Assembly (NCBI RefSeq): GCF_001194135.2
Contig: NC_068988.1
Coordinates: forward strand, 86,625,117-86,679,017
Length of the DNA: 53,901 bases
Source: Octopus bimaculoides
Taxonomy: Eukaryota
Direction of reading: 5' to 3'
Position numbers and translations under genes: made by a program. Below, piece by piece: positions 49,003-53,901 of the stretch. The notes under the pieces were generated by a model. That model searched no databases. It worked only from the letters and a program-made list of their open reading frames with translations, and was not told where the DNA came from. The number at the start of each line of letters is the position of its first letter. Position 1 is the stretch's first letter.

Positions 49003-49914
49003 ACATATATAAAAGCAAGTTGTCTTTGTGTCAAGTTGCCGTCTACACCTGTTAGCGAATTTTCGTGAAACTTTGTAAAGAAGCTAAAGTAGCATCCGGT
49101 TTGTTACTAGGCTCATTGAAGTTTAATAAAAATCTATAATTGGATGGCTTCGGCCCCTAGAAGGGATCCACATATATAACCATTACCCGCCAAGGGAAAT
49201 AACCAATTCATTTTCCTATATATGATAAATGGAAAAATGTATATTAAATACTCCTCGATTTATTAAACAAGATTTATTAAACATTACGTGGACATTCTTA
49301 CAAGAACTTGTCAGGCAAGGTCAGTGATTTTATTTGGTATAAATCAAGTTGAGTATGTTTATTTCTTAATATTTGAACTGTTTGAGTTATTTTCGTAAAT
49401 ATACCCAGTACAACCCTTAAACAAGTAAATAGTATTTTCCTAAACAATAAATCCACTTACTTCGGTTTATAACTTATTCATGAATACACTATGAACGACG
49501 ATGCCTTTCATGTCACTTCAGCCAATTGACAAGCGCTGCATGAAGAACTGTTCTGCTTCTAGACAAATGCATTGTCATCATAAAAGCCAAACCCTGTTTA
49601 CATGTAGGAACACCTTCTTAATTTATATTGATAGATGTGTTAATGTTTTGTAACGATGTACTCTGTATAACAACCAACCACACAAGCAGACAGAAATCGC
49701 CATTTATCTATCAATAACATTGCAATCTGCACTGTATTCATACAGTTCACACGCTGTTTACATATAGGGACATTTTCTTAATTCATATTGATAGCTGTGT
49801 TGATGTTTTCGTAAATGATGTAAATGTATCGATAATCTACATGTTATTTTATTTTAAAATTTATATGCAAAGTTATTTGTATGTCTACTGTAAAACTAAA
49901 TGTCAATCTGTTTC

Positions 49915-50333
49915 TATTGGGTTGGCAATTAAGTTCCCGTCGTTTTTTTTTTTAATTTTGGAACTTATTGCGTTTTTAAATTTTGGAATCTATTTTTTTC
50001 GAGAATTCTATTTTTGAATCATTTTGGAATCTTTTTTTTTTTTTCTAGTTAATTTTAGTTAATTTTTGTTTATTTTCAGATCATTAAAATGGAATATGAA
50101 GTTAAGAAAAACGAGCATTTTCGACACCACCTTTTTGCTTTTAATCAATGTTCTAAGGCCGCAAAAGCTGCTCGCGATGTTTGTGCTGTGTATGGAGAGG
50201 GTGCCATATCTGAAAGAACCGCTCGTGATTAGTATGCCGAGTTCAAAAATGGAAATCTTGACCTTAAAGACGCACCTCGTTCTGGCCGTCCAGTTGAGTT
50301 CGATGAAGAGCGATTAAACCAACTTTTGCACGA
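49915..50333 (+). mobile_element. mariner 5' fragment (TIR + N-terminal HTH)
   Basis: TA + ttgggttggcaattaagtt TIR. ATG 50089: MEYEVKKNEHFRHHLFAFNQCSKAAKAARDVCAVYGEGAISERTARD*YAEFKNGNLDLKDAPRSGRPVEFDEERLNQLLH. Confidence 0.9.
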
Positions 50334-50500
50334 TGGCTAAGGGCGTTAGGCTCACGAGCAGAAGGTTGTAAGCTCGGTTCCTGGACCGAGCGGCGCGTAA
50401 AATCCTTGAACAAGGCACTTTATATCACGTTGCTCCAGTCTACTAAGCTGAAATGAAAATCAGCTGAATGCTGGTGGGTCCCTAAATTCCTGAAAGTGAC
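50333..50500 (+). mobile_element. SINE head H2, degenerate
   Basis: tggctaagggcgttaggctcacgagcagaaggttgtaagctcggttcc..ccttgaacaaggcactttatatcacgttgctccagtc. Confidence 0.7.
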
Positions 50501-50618
50501 TACATAGACAGCTAAAACAATTAGCGGAAACATGGTACAGATCAAAGTCTAGTGAGTGGATTTGGTAGATGGAAACTGAAAGGAGCCCGTCATGTGTCTA
50601 TATATATACACACACACA

Positions 50619-52287
50619 CAGGGTGCGGACGGTATTTGAGGAATGATTTACGGTTTAAAAAAAAAAACGCTTATATAACAGAAAAAAACTGTATTTTTAT
50701 TTTTAAAAAATTAAATAAAGTTAAATTATCAATTTAATAATTTCATTCAATAAAACCACCATAATAACTGCTTCTACGCGGGGTCGAAATCATTTACAAG
50801 CTCGGATTAAGTGGTTCTTTTTCATATTGGACATGACTCGAACTATGGCGGCTTTCAAAGGGAGTGTTCATTGACATTTTTCTCAACGATGCTCCATAAA
50901 TAGTCCAGTTGATTGAGATATGGAGAATTAGGAGGCCAAATGTTGGGTGTAATGTGATCATGCAAATTGTCGGCCATCGATTCTTGTGTCATTTGTGCCT
51001 TGTGTGATGGTGCAGAATCTTGTTGAAAAGACATAAGGCCTTCCATTGCATACTCGATCCAAAGCTTAGCAACTTTATTTAGAACCTCAATATATAGGCG
51101 CAGGAGTGGCTGTGTGGTAAATAGCTTGCTTACCAACCACATGGTTCCGGGTTCAGTCCCACTGCGTGGCACCTTGGGCAAGTGTCTTCTGCTATAGCCT
51201 CGGGCCGACCAAAGCCTTCTGAGTGGATTTGGTAGACGGAAACTGAAAGAAGCCCGTCGTATATAAGTGTATATGTACATACATATATATATATATGTAT
51301 GTATGTGTGTTTGTGTGCCTGTGTTTGTACCCCCAACATCGCTTGACAACCGATGCTGATGTGTTTACGTCCCCGTAACTTAGCGGTTCGGCAAAAAGAG
51401 ACCGATAGAATAAGTACTAGGCTTACAAAGAATAAGTCCTGGGGTCGATTTGCTCGACTAAAGGCGGTGCTCCAGCATGGCCGCAGTCAAATGACTGAAA
51501 CAAGTGAAAGATAAGAGATAATATGCAGCAGCATTCATCCTAAAGCCTTGTGGAAAAAAGTGAGGAGGCATCACATGTCCAATGCTAACATCTCCCACAA
51601 CCATGACACTTGCAGGAAATCTTGTGTGCATTACTCTTGCAACCTCAGAAGGGTCTGCACATAGCCATCTGTCATTTCCTCTGTTAGTTTTCTGGTCCTG
51701 GACAAAGATCTTCTCATCTGAGAAAAACTAAATCAAACCATCTGATGGATTTTTACGTTTGTTCAAAAGTCTTTTGGCTCTGATTAAACGGTTTTCTTTT
51801 GTTTTTTTTCTGGCATGAATTGACCTCGCTTCATCAAGTAAGATTTGTATCTGATATCTTCATGCACATCATTTCTGATTGTTTTTTCTGACGCACGAAC
51901 ATTTTTTTGCAATTGACCTCATTGATTTTCCTGGATTATCCTCAATGTTTTGCTTAACTTCCTGAATAAATTCAGGTGTCCTGATAGAATCAGAGCGTTT
52001 GGAATTTTTTTTTTTTTTTTACGTTTTGATACAGGTAGTACGCTTCCATTTTCTTTCTCTAATTCACACCGAATCTTGTGGACAAAAAATCTTGCAAATT
52101 TCAGAAAACAAGAAATTTCTAAATCACCGTGCTAAGCCTTCAAAGCCACAATCAAAGCATGCCTTTTCATTTCATTAGTAAACATAGGGCCTGTCATTGT
52201 TATTTTCTGAAAGAGAAGTTCAGTAAAAATTAGTCAAATAAAATAATGACTAAAAATGCATGTGTCCTCAAATACCGTCCGACCCTG
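50619..52287 (-). mobile_element. Full-length decayed maT (DD37D) transposon; transposase pseudogene 52197 to 50743
   Basis: TIRs cagggtgcggacggtatttgagga / reverse complement cagggtcggacggtatttgagga; TA at 52288. Translation MTGPMF..RTPEFIQEVK..SMRSIAK..FFSDEK..NDRW..FPASVMV..FQQDSAPSHKA..WPPNSPYLNQLDY..GGFIE*, with 37 residues between the second and third Asp. Confidence 0.93.
51094..51520 (+). mobile_element. Young full-length SINE H1+Ta inserted in the maT transposase
   Basis: A-box tggctgtgtgg, B-box ggttcagtccc, ccttgggcaagtgtctt core, internal (TA)/(TG) tract. Removing it restores the MNAAAY-IEVL reading. Confidence 0.92.
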
Positions 52288-52342
<55 letters not shown>

Positions 52343-53061
52343 NNNNNNNNNNNNNNNNNNNNNNNNNNNNNNNNNNNNNNNNNNNNNNNNNNNNNNNNNN
52401 NNNNNNNNNNNNNNNNNNNNNNNNNNNNNNNNNNNNNNNNNNNNNNNNNNNNNNNNNNNNNNNNNNNNNNNNNNNNNNNNNNNNNNNNNNNNNNNNNNNN
52501 NNNNNNNNNNNNNNNNNNNNNNNNNNNNNNNNNNNNNNNNNNNNNNNNNNNNNNNNNNNNNNNNNNNNNNNNNNNNNNNNNNNNNNNNNNNNNNNNNNNN
52601 NNNNNNNNNNNNNNNNNNNNNNNNNNNNNNNNNNNNNNNNNNNNNNNNNNNNNNNNNNNNNNNNNNNNNNNNNNNNNNNNNNNNNNNNNNNNNNNNNNNN
52701 NNNNNNNNNNNNNNNNNNNNNNNNNNNNNNNNNNNNNNNNNNNNNNNNNNNNNNNNNNNNNNNNNNNNNNNNNNNNNNNNNNNNNNNNNNNNNNNNNNNN
52801 NNNNNNNNNNNNNNNNNNNNNNNNNNNNNNNNNNNNNNNNNNNNNNNNNNNNNNNNNNNNNNNNNNNNNNNNNNNNNNNNCCTACACAATCCAACCCCCA
52901 CCTTCCCTATCGATCCCACTCCATCCCTTACACTCACTCCTACATACCCCACCCTAACCCACACCCCAACTTGCTTTCCCCACTCTCGCCTCCCTCACAT
53001 CCCAACACCACCACACCACCATACCATACCACACCACACTACATCACATCACACCACCACG

Positions 53062-53643
53062 CACACACAAACAGCGAAGACTTTGCCTGGTTGGTTGTAA
53101 TGTCAGAGTTTCTTGTCTTTCCATTTCTCCCCTCTCTCTCTCTGTCACTCCTTAGTGTTCCCTCTTCTATGGTGCGTCTTCAATCTCCACGGTTGCTAAC
53201 AACCGCTTCCCAGTTGCTAATATTGATGTGGCAGGCCTTCATGTCCCTTTTGCAAACATCCTTGTATCGTAAGAAGGTCTTCCCACAGACCTAGTGCCCC
53301 TAGCAAGCTCTCCGTAGAGTATGTCCTTGGGGATTCTGCCATCTTCCATATGACTAACATGCCCAAGCCATCTCATACGTTTTTGTGTGAGGAGTGCAAA
53401 CATGCTTAGTATTCCTGCTTGCTTGAAGACATCTTTGTTGGGGACACGATTCTGCCATTTGATGCCAAGGATTTTCCGGAGGCAGCGCAGGTGAAAGATT
53501 TTTAGGCGACGCTCTTGGCGTGTGTATGGCGTCCAGGTCTACACATGCCTGGTAAATCTTCATTTTTGTGGTCTTGGTCAGCTTATTGTTGTCCCATGCC
53601 CGTTTGGAGAGTTGGGCCATCACAGCAGCTGCCTTGCAAATGC
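53062..53643 (-). pseudogene. RTE-clade LINE 3' fragment (post-RT domain), 5'-truncated
   Basis: ICKAAAVMAQLSKRAWDNNKLTKTTKMKIYQACV..TWTPYTRQERRLKIFHLRCLRKILGIKWQNRVPNKDV..RMRWLGHVSHMEDGRIPKDILYGELARG; a short deletion removes the LLYGSE motif. Confidence 0.9.
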
Positions 53644-53765
53644 ATATATTGAGCTCAGTTTAGATTTTGCCATTTATAGGCACTTTTATGGACCACATCC
53701 AATATTCGCGGTTTTTCAATATACGCGAGTGCTCTAGGAACATAACCCCAGCGAATACCGGGGAC

Positions 53766-53819
<54 letters not shown>

Positions 53820-53901
53820 CACACACAAATATATATATATGTATATATATGTGTGTGTATATATGTATGCATATATGCATGTATATATATGCATATATAT
53901 A

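Noticed and set aside
50855-51349. 164-aa minus-strand ORF as a novel chimeric protein
   Set aside because: It is a chance read-through from the SINE antisense strand into the maT transposase C-terminus.
52881-53060. Telomere-like or G-quadruplex tract
   Set aside because: Irregular C/A low complexity next to a gap; only one ccctaa unit.

Overview
AT-rich, microsatellite-dense eukaryotic draft sequence with 15 N-gaps. The repeat families look like those of an octopus genome (inference from pattern recall, not a search). Nearly all supplied ORFs are artefacts of microsatellites or N-runs. Real content: (1) a probable plus-strand transcription-regulator gene whose two visible coding segments both run into gaps (9418-9469 MDKDEQSAILALLSLQY; 33937-34296 with IKAE, H9QH6 and IKEE). 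(2) Decayed DNA transposons: a Tigger/pogo transposase, two mariner fragments, a complete DD37D maT element with both TIRs, several MITEs and a probable Helitron junction. (3) An RTE LINE 3' fragment and a Penelope-like end with a hammerhead-like motif. (4) Dozens of tRNA-derived SINEs with swapped head/tail modules, head-to-tail arrays and self-insertion. There are no prokaryotic features, no CRISPR array and no intact rRNA or tRNA gene. I cannot show that any system here is undescribed. The best leads are the gap-hidden regulator gene, the self-targeting modular SINEs and the hammerhead-like motif.
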